DNA from: Candidatus Xenobia bacterium
GTDB taxonomy: Bacteria > Vulcanimicrobiota > Xenobia > Xenobiales > QWHO01
Assembly (NCBI GenBank): GCA_045863235.1
Contig: BTUM01000052.1
Location: 1-57,110, forward strand
DNA length: 57,110 nt
Direction of reading: 5' to 3'
Shown in pieces: positions 42,972-53,572 of the stretch; the stretch's first letter is position 1, and every line of letters begins with the position of its first letter. Position numbers and translations under genes: made by a program. The notes beneath the pieces were generated by a model. The model saw only the letters and a list, made by a program, of their open reading frames with translations, had not been told where the DNA came from and searched no databases.

Positions 42972-45900
42972 GCCTGGCTCGCCTTTCCGTCAATCGCCCC
43001 ATCACGGTCATCATGCGCATCGCCTCGCTGGTCCTGCTGGGGGCCATCTGCCTGACGCGACTGCCGGTCGACCTCTTGCCCCGCATCACTCTCCCCACCG
43101 TGATGTGCGTGATCCAGTGGCCTAACGTGGCCGCCGAGGAGATCGAGGCCCAGATCACGCGGCGCGTCGAGCAGTCCATCTCGGCCGTGCCCAACCTGTA
43201 CGAGGTCAACTCCACCAGCAGCGAGGGAATGTCCCAGGTACGGGTGCAGTTCCAGTGGGGTACCGATGTGGGGCGGGGCGCCGTGGACGTGCTGCAGCAG
43301 GTGGAGCGGGCCCGGCGCGACTTTCCTTCCGATCCGACCTTGCAGTCGCCGGTGGTCTTCCGCCTCGACCCCTCCCAGCTTCCCATCTTGATTCTGGCCG
43401 TGTCGGGCGAAAAGGACCCGGTCAAGCTGCGCACCCTGATGGACAATCAGGTCACCCCCATTCTCGAGTCGGCCGACGGGGTGGCCGCCGCCATCCTGAC
43501 CGGAGGTCAGACCCGGGCCGTCATGGTGGACGTCGATCCGGACCGGATGCGGGCCCGCAACGTCGGCCTGAGCGAGGTGATCGACCGCATCGAGCAGGAG
43601 AACCAGAACCTGCCGGCGGGTCTTGCCCACGAAGGCAACACCGAGTACACCCTGCGCAGCCTGGGATGGTTCCAGACCCCGGCCGATCTGGCCCGGGTGC
43701 CCCTCAAGGGGGATGTGCTGCTGCAAGACGTGGCCACTGTGCGCGATTCGCACCCCGAGACGCGGGTCTACACCAATTTGAACGGCGAGCCGGCCGTGGG
43801 CGTGATCATCGTCAAGCAGAGCGACGCCAATACCGTGGAGACGGCCGAGAAGGTCTTCGAGCGCATCCAGAGAGTGGAGCAGCTCTTCCCCCAGCTCAAG
43901 TTCCGGGTGGCCTACGACCAGTCTCAGTTCATCCGCAACTCGCTCGATCAGCTGTTTCACCACGCCATCATCGGCGGCATCCTGGCCATCCTGATCCTGC
44001 TCTTTTTCCTGCGCAACCTGGCCAGCACGCTGGTGGTGGCCCTGTCCATCCCCATCTCCATCGTCTCCACCTTCAGCCTGCTCTACCTTTGCGGCTTCAC
44101 CATCAACACCATGTCGCTGGCAGGCCTGGCCCTGGCCACCGGACTGATCGTGGACGACGCCGTGGTGGTGCTGGAGAACATCTTCCGCCACTCCGAGCGC
44201 GACGGCACCACCCCGATGGAGGCCGCCGTAACCGGGACCAACGAGATCATGACGGCGGTGGTTTCCTCCACCCTGACCATCATGGTCGTCTTTCTTCCCT
44301 TGCTGCTGATCCGGGGGCAGGCCGGCCAGATGTTCTTCCAGTTCGCTCTGGTGGTGGTCTTCTCGCTGGCCGTCTCGCTGTTGGACGCGGCCACGGTGGT
44401 GCCCATGCTGGCCAGCCGCATGACCGGCCACCAGGGCTCCGGCTCGGGTTGGCTGCAGCGCCAGTTCGACCGCTGGGGCCGCTGGCAGGATCAGCTGGAG
44501 CGTTCCTATCGGGTCGCTCTGGAGTGGAGCCTGCACCATCGCCTGCGGGTGCTGGCCGGGGCTGCCGCCATCACGTCGGCAAGCTTCATGCTGTGGCCCC
44601 TGATCGGCACCGAGATGATGCCGGCGACCGATTCGGGCGATTTCACCGTGCGCGTCGAGCTGCCCGCTGGCACCGCCCTGGCCACCACCCACAAGACCAT
44701 GGAGCGCGTGCAGGCCATCCTGGCTGCCAACCCGGACGTCGCCACGGCCTTCACCGCCATCGGCACCAGCCTCAGCATTCGCGGCACGACCACCAGCGAG
44801 CGCTCGTTCCTGGGCTCGGCCACCGTCAAGCTCAAGGATGATCGCAAGCATACCACCGCTCAGACCATCCGGGCTCTGCGCCGAGAGTTCTCGGCCCTGG
44901 CTGGAGCCCGGGTGAGCATCCAACCCTATGACCTGGTCTCCACCATGATCTCGGGTCGCAACCAGGGCCTGGAGATCAATCTCTTCGGGTCCGAGCTTTC
45001 CGTGCTGTCGGCCCTCTCCGCCCGGGTGATGAGCGAGCTCGAGACGGTGGACGGACTGGTGAATGTCAACCCGGCCACCGAGGCCGCCTCTCCCGAGGTG
45101 CAGTGGACGGTGGACCGCTCCAAGTTGCGCCAGCTCGGGATGACCTTCGAGGACGTGGCCGACATGCTGCGCACGGCCACCAGTGGAACCCTGGCCGGCT
45201 ACTTTCAGGAGGCGGGCTTTCAGTACCCCATCACGGTCCAATTCCCCGAGCAGGAACGGCGCACTGTGGACCAGCTGTCCGGCCTGCCTCTCCGCACCCC
45301 CGCAGGCCAGTACATCACTCTCGGTCAGGTGGCTCGCTCACGTTATGCCGAAGGGCCGGGCGAGATCACCCGCTTGAACCGCCAGCGCTTCGTCTCCCTG
45401 ACCGCCGAGCCTGAAGGGCGCTCGCTCAGCGACGTGCAGGCCGAGGCCCAGCGAGTGCTCGATGGGATCGAGTTTCCCGAGGGCTATTACTGGGATTGGG
45501 GCTCCAACCAGCGACGCCGAGCCGAGGAGTTTGCCGGCATGGGTGTGGCGGTGTGGCTGGCCATCGGGCTCATTTACATGCTGCTGGCCTCACAGTTCGA
45601 GTCGCTGATTCATCCCCTGACAGTGCTCACCTCGGTGCCGCTGGCCGCATCCGGGGTCTTGCTGGCCCTCTTCCTGAGCGGCCGTGCCTTTGGTCTGACC
45701 GCCTTCGTGGGTCTCCTGATGCTGGTCGGCATCGTGGTCAAGAACGGCATCCTGCTGGTGGACTATACCAACCTGCTCCGCTCGCGAGGGATGGGGAAAG
45801 ACGAGGCTTTGCTGCTGGCGGGCCCAACCCGCCTGCGACCGATCCTGATGACCGCCGGAGCCGGGGTGCTGGGCATGCTGCCCATCGCCATCGGCCTGGG

Positions 45901-46048
45901 AGCGGGCTCGGAGATTCAAGCCCCCCTGGCCACCGCCGTGGTGGGCGGCCTGACCGCCTCGACCCTCCTGACCTTGCTGGTGGTGCCCGCTGTCTACAGC
46001 CTGCTCGACGGGGTCGAGACGCGGCTCAAGGCTCTGGTCTCGCGATGA
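42968..46048 (+). CDS. RND efflux permease (AcrB/AcrD/AcrF family)
   Basis: LPVDLLP, GLIVDDAVVVLENI, VVKNGILLVD, RLRPILMT, PLA.AVVGGL. Confidence 0.96.
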   Translation: MSLARLSVNRPITVIMRIASLVLLGAICLTRLPVDLLPRITLPTVMCVIQWPNVAAEEIEAQITRRVEQSISAVPNLYEVNSTSSEGMSQVRVQFQWGTDVGRGAVDVLQQVERARRDFPSDPTLQSPVVFRLDPSQLPILILAVSGEKDPVKLRTLMDNQVTPILESADGVAAAILTGGQTRAVMVDVDPDRMRARNVGLSEVIDRIEQENQNLPAGLAHEGNTEYTLRSLGWFQTPADLARVPLKGDVLLQDVATVRDSHPETRVYTNLNGEPAVGVIIVKQSDANTVETAEKVFERIQRVEQLFPQLKFRVAYDQSQFIRNSLDQLFHHAIIGGILAILILLFFLRNLASTLVVALSIPISIVSTFSLLYLCGFTINTMSLAGLALATGLIVDDAVVVLENIFRHSERDGTTPMEAAVTGTNEIMTAVVSSTLTIMVVFLPLLLIRGQAGQMFFQFALVVVFSLAVSLLDAATVVPMLASRMTGHQGSGSGWLQRQFDRWGRWQDQLERSYRVALEWSLHHRLRVLAGAAAITSASFMLWPLIGTEMMPATDSGDFTVRVELPAGTALATTHKTMERVQAILAANPDVATAFTAIGTSLSIRGTTTSERSFLGSATVKLKDDRKHTTAQTIRALRREFSALAGARVSIQPYDLVSTMISGRNQGLEINLFGSELSVLSALSARVMSELETVDGLVNVNPATEAASPEVQWTVDRSKLRQLGMTFEDVADMLRTATSGTLAGYFQEAGFQYPITVQFPEQERRTVDQLSGLPLRTPAGQYITLGQVARSRYAEGPGEITRLNRQRFVSLTAEPEGRSLSDVQAEAQRVLDGIEFPEGYYWDWGSNQRRRAEEFAGMGVAVWLAIGLIYMLLASQFESLIHPLTVLTSVPLAASGVLLALFLSGRAFGLTAFVGLLMLVGIVVKNGILLVDYTNLLRSRGMGKDEALLLAGPTRLRPILMTAGAGVLGMLPIAIGLGAGSEIQAPLATAVVGGLTASTLLTLLVVPAVYSLLDGVETRLKALVSR

Positions 46049-46488
46049 CCACCGACCGGGGCCGTCAGCTCGAGGTGCTCTTCAAGATGGTCATGCGCCG
46101 CCTCTGGGTGCTCGACCCCGACGACCCGGTCAGCGAGCTTCCGGTGGCTCAACTGCGGGTGCTGACAATCCTGCGCCAGCGCTCGCGCACCTTGACGGGC
46201 CTGGCTCGCGAGCTCGGCTCGACGACCAGCGCCGCCAGCCAGATCGCCGACCGTCTGGAGCGAGCGGGCCTGGTGGAGCGCCTGCACGAGGGCTCGGACC
46301 GGCGCTGCAAAACCCTGCAGCTGACCCGAGAGGGCTCGGCTCTGCTCCAGCGACGGGAGGACAAACGGGCTCTGCGCTCGGCAGCGGCCCTGGAGCGGAT
46401 GGGGGAGGAGCGCAGCCGGGAGCTTTTCCAAAGCCTGCAGGAGCTGCTCGAGGCGGCCGAGACGCTGCCCTTCGGGAGCGAGCCGTGA
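46045..46488 (+). CDS. MarR family transcriptional regulator
   Basis: QLRVL..L, LA.ELG.T.SAASQ..DRLE..GLVER...DRR...LT.EG; ATGA overlap. Confidence 0.92.
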   Translation: MTTDRGRQLEVLFKMVMRRLWVLDPDDPVSELPVAQLRVLTILRQRSRTLTGLARELGSTTSAASQIADRLERAGLVERLHEGSDRRCKTLQLTREGSALLQRREDKRALRSAAALERMGEERSRELFQSLQELLEAAETLPFGSEP

Positions 46489-47840
46489 AGGCGCTCTGGC
46501 TGGGACTGTTGCTGGCTCTGCCAGGGGTGACGGAAACTCCGGTGGCCCCCAGGATCCACCCCGTGCCGCCTCCGGTGGAGCTGCGCTTGCCCGATGCCCC
46601 CGAGGCCAGCCCGGGGGCGCTGACGGCGGAAGGGGCTGCGCGTCTGGCCCTGGAGCGGCAACCTGAGCTGCGGGTCGCTCTGGCTGCCGCCGAGGCCGCC
46701 GCGGGCCAGACCGCCCAGGCGCGCTCCGGCCTGTTCCCCTGGTTGAGTCTCAGCTCCAGCTACAACAACCAGACCCCGTTGACCGGAGACTCGCGCTTCT
46801 CAGGCGGGGGCAACCCGGCTGCCGGTGGGGGAGGAAGTCAAGCTCAGGCTCAGCTGCGCCAGCTGATCTGGGATTTCAATCGCACCGATTCGGTCGTGGG
46901 GGAGGCCTACCACGAGCAGCTCGCGGTCGAGGCCGACTACCAGCGCGCCCGAGCCGACCTGGTGCTGGATGCCAAGTCGGCTTTCTTCGACTGGGTGGCT
47001 TTCACGGAGGAGGCTCAGGTGGTTCACGCCAACCTGGAGAACCAGCGCCACAACCTGGCGCTGGCTCAGGCTCGCTGGGAGTCAGGGCTGGGTTTGCCCG
47101 CCGATCTTGTGCAGGCCCAGACGGCCGTGGCGGCCGCCACGGTCAACCTCAATCGGGCTCGGGCCGCCGAGTTGAGTGCCCGGGTTCGGTTGGCCCGGGT
47201 GCTGGGCCTTGACCCTCGCACCCCTCTGGTGGCGGACCTGACTCCCTCCCAGCCACCTCCCAACGGTGACCTGAACGCCTTGATCGAGGAGGCTCTCCCG
47301 CGCCGCCCCGAGATGCAGGTCGTGCTGGCCCGGGTCGAGTCGGCCGAGTATGGCCTCAAAGCGGCAGAAAAGAACAATCTTCCCGCCCTGGTGGCCACGG
47401 CCGGGCCGGTGGCCCGTGGACCCTCCTTCCCCCCCGAGAACGCCTTCCTTCAGGCCGGGGTGAGCCTGCAATGGCCCTTCTTCGACGGGGGCCTGACGGG
47501 AGGGCTGGTGGATCAGGCCAGCGCCGACCTCGAGTCGGCCCGGGCCCGCCTCGAGACAGTGCGCAACCTGTTGATCGCGGAGATCCTGCAAGCCAGCCTC
47601 GAGCTGAGTGCGGCGGAAGGTAGCCTGGGCGCGGCCGAGGCGGGCACCGAGAACGCCCGCGAGGCTGTGCGCATCGCCGAGGGACGCTACAAGGCGGGGT
47701 TAGGCAACTTTCAGGAGGTGCTCGACAACCAGGCAGCGCTGTTGACAGCCTCCACCAATCTGGTCCAGGCCCGACGCCTCGCCCAGGTGGCCCGAGCTCG
47801 CTTCGAGAGAGCCCTGGGCATGTCACCCGGCCTGAAATGA
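46485..47840 (+). CDS. TolC family outer membrane efflux protein
   Basis: Signal peptide, ARS.LFP, RRPE, P.FDGG, RY.AGLG...EVLD.Q. Confidence 0.93.
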   Translation: MKALWLGLLLALPGVTETPVAPRIHPVPPPVELRLPDAPEASPGALTAEGAARLALERQPELRVALAAAEAAAGQTAQARSGLFPWLSLSSSYNNQTPLTGDSRFSGGGNPAAGGGGSQAQAQLRQLIWDFNRTDSVVGEAYHEQLAVEADYQRARADLVLDAKSAFFDWVAFTEEAQVVHANLENQRHNLALAQARWESGLGLPADLVQAQTAVAAATVNLNRARAAELSARVRLARVLGLDPRTPLVADLTPSQPPPNGDLNALIEEALPRRPEMQVVLARVESAEYGLKAAEKNNLPALVATAGPVARGPSFPPENAFLQAGVSLQWPFFDGGLTGGLVDQASADLESARARLETVRNLLIAEILQASLELSAAEGSLGAAEAGTENAREAVRIAEGRYKAGLGNFQEVLDNQAALLTASTNLVQARRLAQVARARFERALGMSPGLK

Positions 47841-47870
47841 GAGAAGGGCGCCCTCGCGGGCGCCCTTCTC
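47841..47870. terminator. Hairpin between convergent operons, probable bidirectional terminator
   Basis: Perfect 13-bp stem GAGAAGGGCGCCC-TCGC-GGGCGCCCTTCTC immediately after the TolC stop; only weak U-tracts. Confidence 0.7.
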
Positions 47871-47880
47871 AGGGGACGGC

Positions 47881-49812
47881 TCAGGCGTCTTCGCTGATCG
47901 GTTGATCGCTCCAGGAGCGGACCTCGAAGTTGCTCTGGGCCGGGAAGTAAGGGGGCTGCACGTTCTGGAAGTTGGGGTCGTAGTCGTAGCGGTAGCTCAT
48001 TCCGGAGGTGCCCTGGCCGGTCGTGGAGTTGAAGGTGCCCTTGGCCTGGCGAATGTTCTCGGTCAGGCTTCCGTAGACCCGGAAGGCGCCCGCTCCGATG
48101 GAAGAGGTGCTGTAGTCGATCGTTCCCACGCCGCCACCGGCGGTGTCGCTGTTGGCGTTGGGGTCGCCCGGCTTGCCTGCGAAGAGAGCTGCATAGACGT
48201 GCAAGGGGTCGTTCGGACTCCACTGGCTGCGGTTGATCTGTGTGGTGGTGCCCGTATTCACGTCGGTACGGTAGCGGGCGAAGCGGATGGCATAGCCCAC
48301 GACCCCGAGCTGGTCGCGAGTGGTTCCCATGGTGGGCTTGGTGCCCGGAGTCACATCGGCGCGCAGCAACTCGTCAGTGATATGGACCTCTTTGTTGGTG
48401 GTCTGGTTGACCGAGATGGTGTGGCGGCCCTTGTTCTTTCCCTCCAGCCCGCGAATGTTTTGCACTCCGTAGAACAGTCCGTTGCCGTAATCCTTGTAGA
48501 GCTCGTAGGACTTGACGTTGGTATCGTTCTGCACCAGGGTGTAGCCGGCCGGAATGGTCATCGAGCCGCTGACCGAGACACCGTTGATGGTCCAGGCTCC
48601 GCCTGGATTGAGAACCGTCGTGGAGTAAGTCTGGGTCAGTCGGCGGGTGCGGGGAGTGCCGCCGGAGGACTGGCGCAGCAGGAAGGAGGCATTGTCGTTG
48701 TTGGCGCCTCGCAGGGCGGCGTTGTTGATGGGGAATTGGGAGTCATTGCCCACTTGCATCTGGAAGGCGTCGATGTCGTTGCCGACCAGCAGCACGCCGT
48801 TGACGTTCTTGGCAACGGGCACGGAGGCCCCTCCCGCGCTCAGAGTCTCCACGACGTTGCCTGGATTGATATTGAAACCGTGACGCGGGGTCGGAGGCAT
48901 GCTTGCCTCACCCCAGGCCGCCTCGAGTAACAGGCTCGAGACGGCCGGCATGTTGATCGGGTTGTCCGGCTTCAGACCCGCCTGGCCGAGCCGGGCGACC
49001 CGGTCGTAGCGCGTCTTGCCTGGGATGGTCAGGTTGATGGGCAGCAGCGTGGTCGAGTCATAAGGCCTGGTCGAGGTGTTGTACTCGATGCCATCGGGCG
49101 TACTCGAGTCGGTACTGGCGTAAGTCGACATGGATTGGAAGTTGGCCGTGGAGCCGTCGTTTCCAGGGCCGAGGTTCTCCCAGTCCATCGAGGACGGGAT
49201 GGAGAGGCGCAGCCGGCCATTCGTATGGAACGGTCCCTCCACGCGGAAGGTGCTGAGATTCAGCCACAGATTGCTGCCGGTAGCGAACTGGCCGAAGAAG
49301 TAGCTGAACTGGGCAAAGCTGCCCTGGTGGAGCCAGGCCACCGCCCGGCGGCGCACGGTTCCGTTCCCGCCGGTATTGATGTCAATGGCATCGATGACGG
49401 CTTTGTAGCAATGAGCCGAGTTGGCACCGGTCAAGTTGGCGTTCCCGGCCGTGAACCGGTCGGGAAACAGGCGAACCCGCCAGGTCCAGCCGCTGGGAAG
49501 AGGCGTTCCCGAGGTCACGCCTTCGCGCTGGTAGTAGGTTTGCATGAGCGGAGGCTCGTTGGGATCCGTGCCCGTGGGCAAGGTCAGAACGGCATTGTCC
49601 AGCACGTTGAGGTTGGCCCGATTCTGCAGCCACTCCAAGGTGTCCGACAGGCCCGTCTGGACGACATAGTAGGAGGTGACGTCCCGGGTGGTCTGGGCCA
49701 TCTCGCCCTGGACGCGAGCCAGAAAGGTCATTCCAATGAATTCCAGGACGATGATCAGAAAGATCGTCAATATCAAGGCCGAGCCCTTCCGGCTCAACTC
49801 TCTCTTGCGCAA
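47881..49812 (-). CDS. PilX-like type IV pilus minor pilin/tip protein (DUF4900-like C-terminal domain)
   Basis: KG|SALILTI PilX-type N-terminus; F...GPFHTNG, D.LGVV, VYGSL.EN, YDYDP.F...PPYFP; GGGAGG RBS and TTG start. Confidence 0.78.
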   Translation of the reverse strand: MRKRELSRKGSALILTIFLIIVLEFIGMTFLARVQGEMAQTTRDVTSYYVVQTGLSDTLEWLQNRANLNVLDNAVLTLPTGTDPNEPPLMQTYYQREGVTSGTPLPSGWTWRVRLFPDRFTAGNANLTGANSAHCYKAVIDAIDINTGGNGTVRRRAVAWLHQGSFAQFSYFFGQFATGSNLWLNLSTFRVEGPFHTNGRLRLSIPSSMDWENLGPGNDGSTANFQSMSTYASTDSSTPDGIEYNTSTRPYDSTTLLPINLTIPGKTRYDRVARLGQAGLKPDNPINMPAVSSLLLEAAWGEASMPPTPRHGFNINPGNVVETLSAGGASVPVAKNVNGVLLVGNDIDAFQMQVGNDSQFPINNAALRGANNDNASFLLRQSSGGTPRTRRLTQTYSTTVLNPGGAWTINGVSVSGSMTIPAGYTLVQNDTNVKSYELYKDYGNGLFYGVQNIRGLEGKNKGRHTISVNQTTNKEVHITDELLRADVTPGTKPTMGTTRDQLGVVGYAIRFARYRTDVNTGTTTQINRSQWSPNDPLHVYAALFAGKPGDPNANSDTAGGGVGTIDYSTSSIGAGAFRVYGSLTENIRQAKGTFNSTTGQGTSGMSYRYDYDPNFQNVQPPYFPAQSNFEVRSWSDQPISEDA

Positions 49813-49832
49813 GAGCTTGTCCTCCCTTCGAC

Positions 49833-50543
49833 TTATCTCCAGGCTGGAATCTGGAAGTAGACGGTGGAGCCGTAGCGTCGCTCGGCAAACTTGCTGTTGG
49901 CGTCACGCGAGCGGGTTTCCAGGAACATCCCGACTGCTCGGCTCGCCTGGTCGCGGGTGAAGTCGACCGCTCGAATCGGGCTGCGGCCGGGCATGTAGCT
50001 GGTCAACTGCTTGCTGGCCAGCAAGTTGGCTCCATCGTTGCTGCGAAGCTCGAGGCTGAAGTTGCCGGTATCGATCGACCAGACCAGGTTCATTCGCGAG
50101 TAGTTGTTCGGGACGTCCATCACCGAGGTTCTGGGGTCGAAGGCCAGGGGGGCGGGATACTCGGGCACCGGGAAGCCCGGATCCTGGATCAGCCTGCGAG
50201 CATCCTGGGTGGAGGCCCAGAAGGTCACAATCTCTTGATGGCCGGCCGGATAGGGTGGCTGGGTAGGGTCAGTGTTCCTCACGGTCGCCGTGGCAGACAG
50301 GATGGCATTTTGCGGAGCTTCGTTGGTGAATTCGGGTCGCGACGTCGCGGTGCGCAAGACGTAACCGATTTTTCGATTGATTTCGCGATTGGCCCGCAGG
50401 GCCTCGTTGCGCTTCTCACCCCAGACCGAGACCACGTTGGCGTTGGCCGTGAGGATCACGACCAGAGTGCTCACGATGGAGAAGATGAACATCGCTACGA
50501 GCAGTTCGAACATGGTGGCTCCGCGCACGTCAAATCGACTCAT
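49833..50543 (-). CDS. PilW/GspJ-like prepilin
   Basis: RG|ATMFELLVAMFIFSIV type IV leader with Glu at +5; GAGGTGGAG RBS. Confidence 0.8.
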   Translation of the reverse strand: MSRFDVRGATMFELLVAMFIFSIVSTLVVILTANANVVSVWGEKRNEALRANREINRKIGYVLRTATSRPEFTNEAPQNAILSATATVRNTDPTQPPYPAGHQEIVTFWASTQDARRLIQDPGFPVPEYPAPLAFDPRTSVMDVPNNYSRMNLVWSIDTGNFSLELRSNDGANLLASKQLTSYMPGRSPIRAVDFTRDQASRAVGMFLETRSRDANSKFAERRYGSTVYFQIPAWR

Positions 50544-50551
50544 TCTCCACC

Positions 50552-51082
50552 TCAATTCAGCACCGCTTCCAGGCGGAAGCGCCGCGTGACGACGTTAGCA
50601 CCCTGATCGCCAACGCCGGCATTCTCCGACCACGCAACCGTGACCAGAACTCGGATCATGTTGTAGCGGTAGTTGGCTGGATTGTTGGATAGCCGGGTCA
50701 TGGTGACGCTGCGCTGATAGCGCTCGAGGTTGACGAAGGCATCGTTGCCGTCGATCAAGTTGTCTCCATTGGTGTCCCGTACCCGGTTGAAGACGGCCGT
50801 GAAGGGAGGATCGTCGATCGGCACCAGGGTCGGGCTGTTCATCCCGCTGGCGGCGCTGGGCACCCCGGGGGCCGCCACCGAGGTGTGGCGACGATTGATC
50901 TTGATGTCTTCCATGATCTGCTGGGCGTAGTAGGCAGCCACGGGCACCAGTTCGGCGTGGTTTTGTTGGGTCACCGAGTAGGTCATGGCCGACATGACGC
51001 CGAGCACTGCGATGCTCAGGACCGAAACGGCAATGACCACTTCGAGCAATGAAAATCCAACTCTTGCTCTGGTTCTTCGCAA
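50552..51082 (-). CDS. PilV/GspI-like prepilin
   Basis: G|FSLLEVVIAVSVL N-methyl-Phe motif; A..YAQQ.ME; RV.VTV.W; GGGAGG RBS. Confidence 0.88.
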   Translation of the reverse strand: MRRTRARVGFSLLEVVIAVSVLSIAVLGVMSAMTYSVTQQNHAELVPVAAYYAQQIMEDIKINRRHTSVAAPGVPSAASGMNSPTLVPIDDPPFTAVFNRVRDTNGDNLIDGNDAFVNLERYQRSVTMTRLSNNPANYRYNMIRVLVTVAWSENAGVGDQGANVVTRRFRLEAVLN

Positions 51083-51262
51083 GATTGCCCTCCCGTATCA
51101 ATCTGCCGCTCAGCTATACTCTAGTGTAGGAGTGTAGCTTTTTCGTGATACTCAGGTATGACTTTTCGTGAAAACGGCAAATTGGGAACTCTGGATCCCT
51201 GTCTACCACCTACTATGGTAACCTGGTGGGATGTCTGAGTCTGTGTCCTGGAATACAATTGG

Positions 51263-52642
51263 TCAGGGGAGGGGGCCGAGCTCGGTCACCTTCATCGAGG
51301 CTGACTGGTCTTCGGGGCTCAGCGAGGAGGGCTCGAGGTTTTGCTCGATCCAGACCAGGGCAGCCGCGGTCAGCTCGTCGACCACCTCGCCGGCTCGCTT
51401 GCGGGCCGAGCCTTCGGTGTCAAAGGTGAGCCAGGGCATCTCGCGCCGGGCTGCAAAAATCTGGAGAGCTTCCCCTTTGGGGTCGAGCAGGCTCAACTCA
51501 CCCACGACCTCGCCTTGCAGGGCCTGCACCTGATAGCGAAGCAGGCAGTCGGCCGACCGGCCGCCTTCGACCAGGCTCAAGCGATCACTCTTCTTCAGCT
51601 GGCCTTCCACCTGCTCGGTCAGGTCGAAGGCCGACAGTTGCACGACCTCTTCAACCATATAGGGAATCCCGTAGTAGCCATATCCGCCGTAGCCTCCCCA
51701 GCCTCCCCAGTTTCCGCAACCGCGACGTCCCCAGCCATAGCCGAGACTGACGGTGGGATAGGCATAGGCGGTGCGCCGGTAGCGATAGCCTTCGGCTTGA
51801 AGACCCGCCCAGCCGACCCTCACCAGCAAGGGCGCGGGCTGAAGCACGGCCAGCATCCGCTTGTTGGGCTCGGCTCTCAGGTCGACTTCCAGGGGAAAGA
51901 CGCCCGCCGCCGTTGCCTGCAGCCCGTGGGTGCCGGCCACGGTCGGGACAGTCACCGGGGTGGGGCCGAGAGGCTGCCCGTCCAGGGTGATCTCGAGGGG
52001 CTGTCCGGTCGACTCGACGGTCAGTTGGGAGGGACAGCGGGTCAGTTCCAGCGCCTGCTCCGGGTGGTCTCCGGCCTTCAGGTTCAGGGTGAGCGTCTCG
52101 GGCAGGCAATCGGGATGGCTGAGCGTCAGCTGATGCCTCCCCGGGACCAGGTTGATGTGGCAGGGAGTCATGCCCAGCTCGGTCTCGCCCTCCAGCACCC
52201 GAGCTCCGACCGGTTGGCTCTCCAGGCTGGCTCCCGTGAAGACGGTGGTGCTGGTGATCAGCTCGGGGGCTTCGACCTGAGCGCAGCGGAACATGTCCTC
52301 GGCAGCCTCTTGAGGGCTCTGGTAGGCGCGCACCAGATTGCGAAGTTGCAGGCGGTTCCCCTCCCGCTGGTAGTAGCCCAGGGCAGGCAGGTCGCGCCCG
52401 GTGAGCCGGAACTCGCGCTGGAACTCTCTGCCCTGCGCGGTGGCCAGGTCAACCGTCTTGAGGCTGAACTGATAGTTGGCCAGCTGGTTCTGCTTGATGA
52501 GAACGTAGACGAACCGCCGGGCTCGTGCCGAGAGCTCGCTCTGGCCAGGTTGACGCGAGTCGAGGATCACAGCCACTCCCGGCTCTGCCCGGGCCAGACC
52601 GGCGCACAGGGCCACCAGCAGTAGCATCCTGAAGAGTCCCAT
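51263..52642 (-). CDS. Secreted PEGA domain-containing protein
   Basis: Signal peptide; two PEGA repeats (S.P.GA.V..LG.TP...PG.H.L and LDG..LG.TP); Gly/Tyr/Trp-rich insert. Confidence 0.85.
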   Translation of the reverse strand: MGLFRMLLLVALCAGLARAEPGVAVILDSRQPGQSELSARARRFVYVLIKQNQLANYQFSLKTVDLATAQGREFQREFRLTGRDLPALGYYQREGNRLQLRNLVRAYQSPQEAAEDMFRCAQVEAPELITSTTVFTGASLESQPVGARVLEGETELGMTPCHINLVPGRHQLTLSHPDCLPETLTLNLKAGDHPEQALELTRCPSQLTVESTGQPLEITLDGQPLGPTPVTVPTVAGTHGLQATAAGVFPLEVDLRAEPNKRMLAVLQPAPLLVRVGWAGLQAEGYRYRRTAYAYPTVSLGYGWGRRGCGNWGGWGGYGGYGYYGIPYMVEEVVQLSAFDLTEQVEGQLKKSDRLSLVEGGRSADCLLRYQVQALQGEVVGELSLLDPKGEALQIFAARREMPWLTFDTEGSARKRAGEVVDELTAAALVWIEQNLEPSSLSPEDQSASMKVTELGPLP

Positions 52643-52720
52643 GATAGCTAGTCAGTCGTCTGGACTCGGATTCCTGCTCGCGCCAGGAAAGCCGATGGTC
52701 GATGGTAAACCTGCCGCGCT

Positions 52721-53572
52721 ATGACCAGCCAGCTTCTCGAGCAATTGCAGACCCACGAGGAGGTCTTTCGGGCCGCCGGAGACCTGGCCCGCGAGTTGCA
52801 GGGGCACGTGGCCGGCCATCTCAAGTCCAACACGGGGAATTTAGAGGCCGACCTGGTGACCGACGCCGACCTGGCGGTGCAGCGGATGATCCTGAAGGCG
52901 CTGGTGAACTCCCCTCTGGTCTCATGTCGATTGCTGGCCGAGGAGAGCAATCCGGAGCTGGCCGCTCTGAAGGCTGATTTTTCGCCCGATTCTCGCCTGG
53001 TGTTGACCCTCGATCCCATCGACGGCACCCGCCGCTATTCCGAGGGCGAGCCTTACTATTCGGTGATCGTTGGCCTGCACGACGGGACTCGCCCGCTCTA
53101 CACCTACCTCTACTACCCCGCCTTTCGGTGGTGGATTCGGCTGGTGGAGGACCAGCTGCACACGAGTGGTCCGCTGCCCGGTGCCGAGCACTTGCCGGAC
53201 CTTTCCCGCAGCATCGTCTACACGGCCGGGCACCCCGAGCAGGAGGTCCCCGAGCGGGTGGCGGCGCTCGAACAGCGCGGATATCGCTTCGACCATGGCG
53301 AGAAGGTGGCTCCCTGCGGCAGCAAGTTCTTGCTCTTGAGCGGCCAGTCGGCAGGCTACTACAGCGCCAATCCCAATGCCTACGATGGGCTCTTGGCCTG
53401 GCATTACGGGCTGGCCCGCAAGCTACCGGTGGAAAGCGCGGGTCGGGCCCCCGACCGAACCTTCTCGGGCCCCTTCGACCTCTCGCGCATCGAGTCGGGG
53501 CGCTGGGGCGCGCACTATCCAGGTTACTACCTCGTGCTCCCTCTCGAAGGTTCACTTTCGTCCCACTCCTGA
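52721..53572 (+). CDS. Inositol monophosphatase family protein
   Basis: LVTDADLAVQ, LAEE, LDPIDGT. Confidence 0.85.
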   Translation: MTSQLLEQLQTHEEVFRAAGDLARELQGHVAGHLKSNTGNLEADLVTDADLAVQRMILKALVNSPLVSCRLLAEESNPELAALKADFSPDSRLVLTLDPIDGTRRYSEGEPYYSVIVGLHDGTRPLYTYLYYPAFRWWIRLVEDQLHTSGPLPGAEHLPDLSRSIVYTAGHPEQEVPERVAALEQRGYRFDHGEKVAPCGSKFLLLSGQSAGYYSANPNAYDGLLAWHYGLARKLPVESAGRAPDRTFSGPFDLSRIESGRWGAHYPGYYLVLPLEGSLSSHS

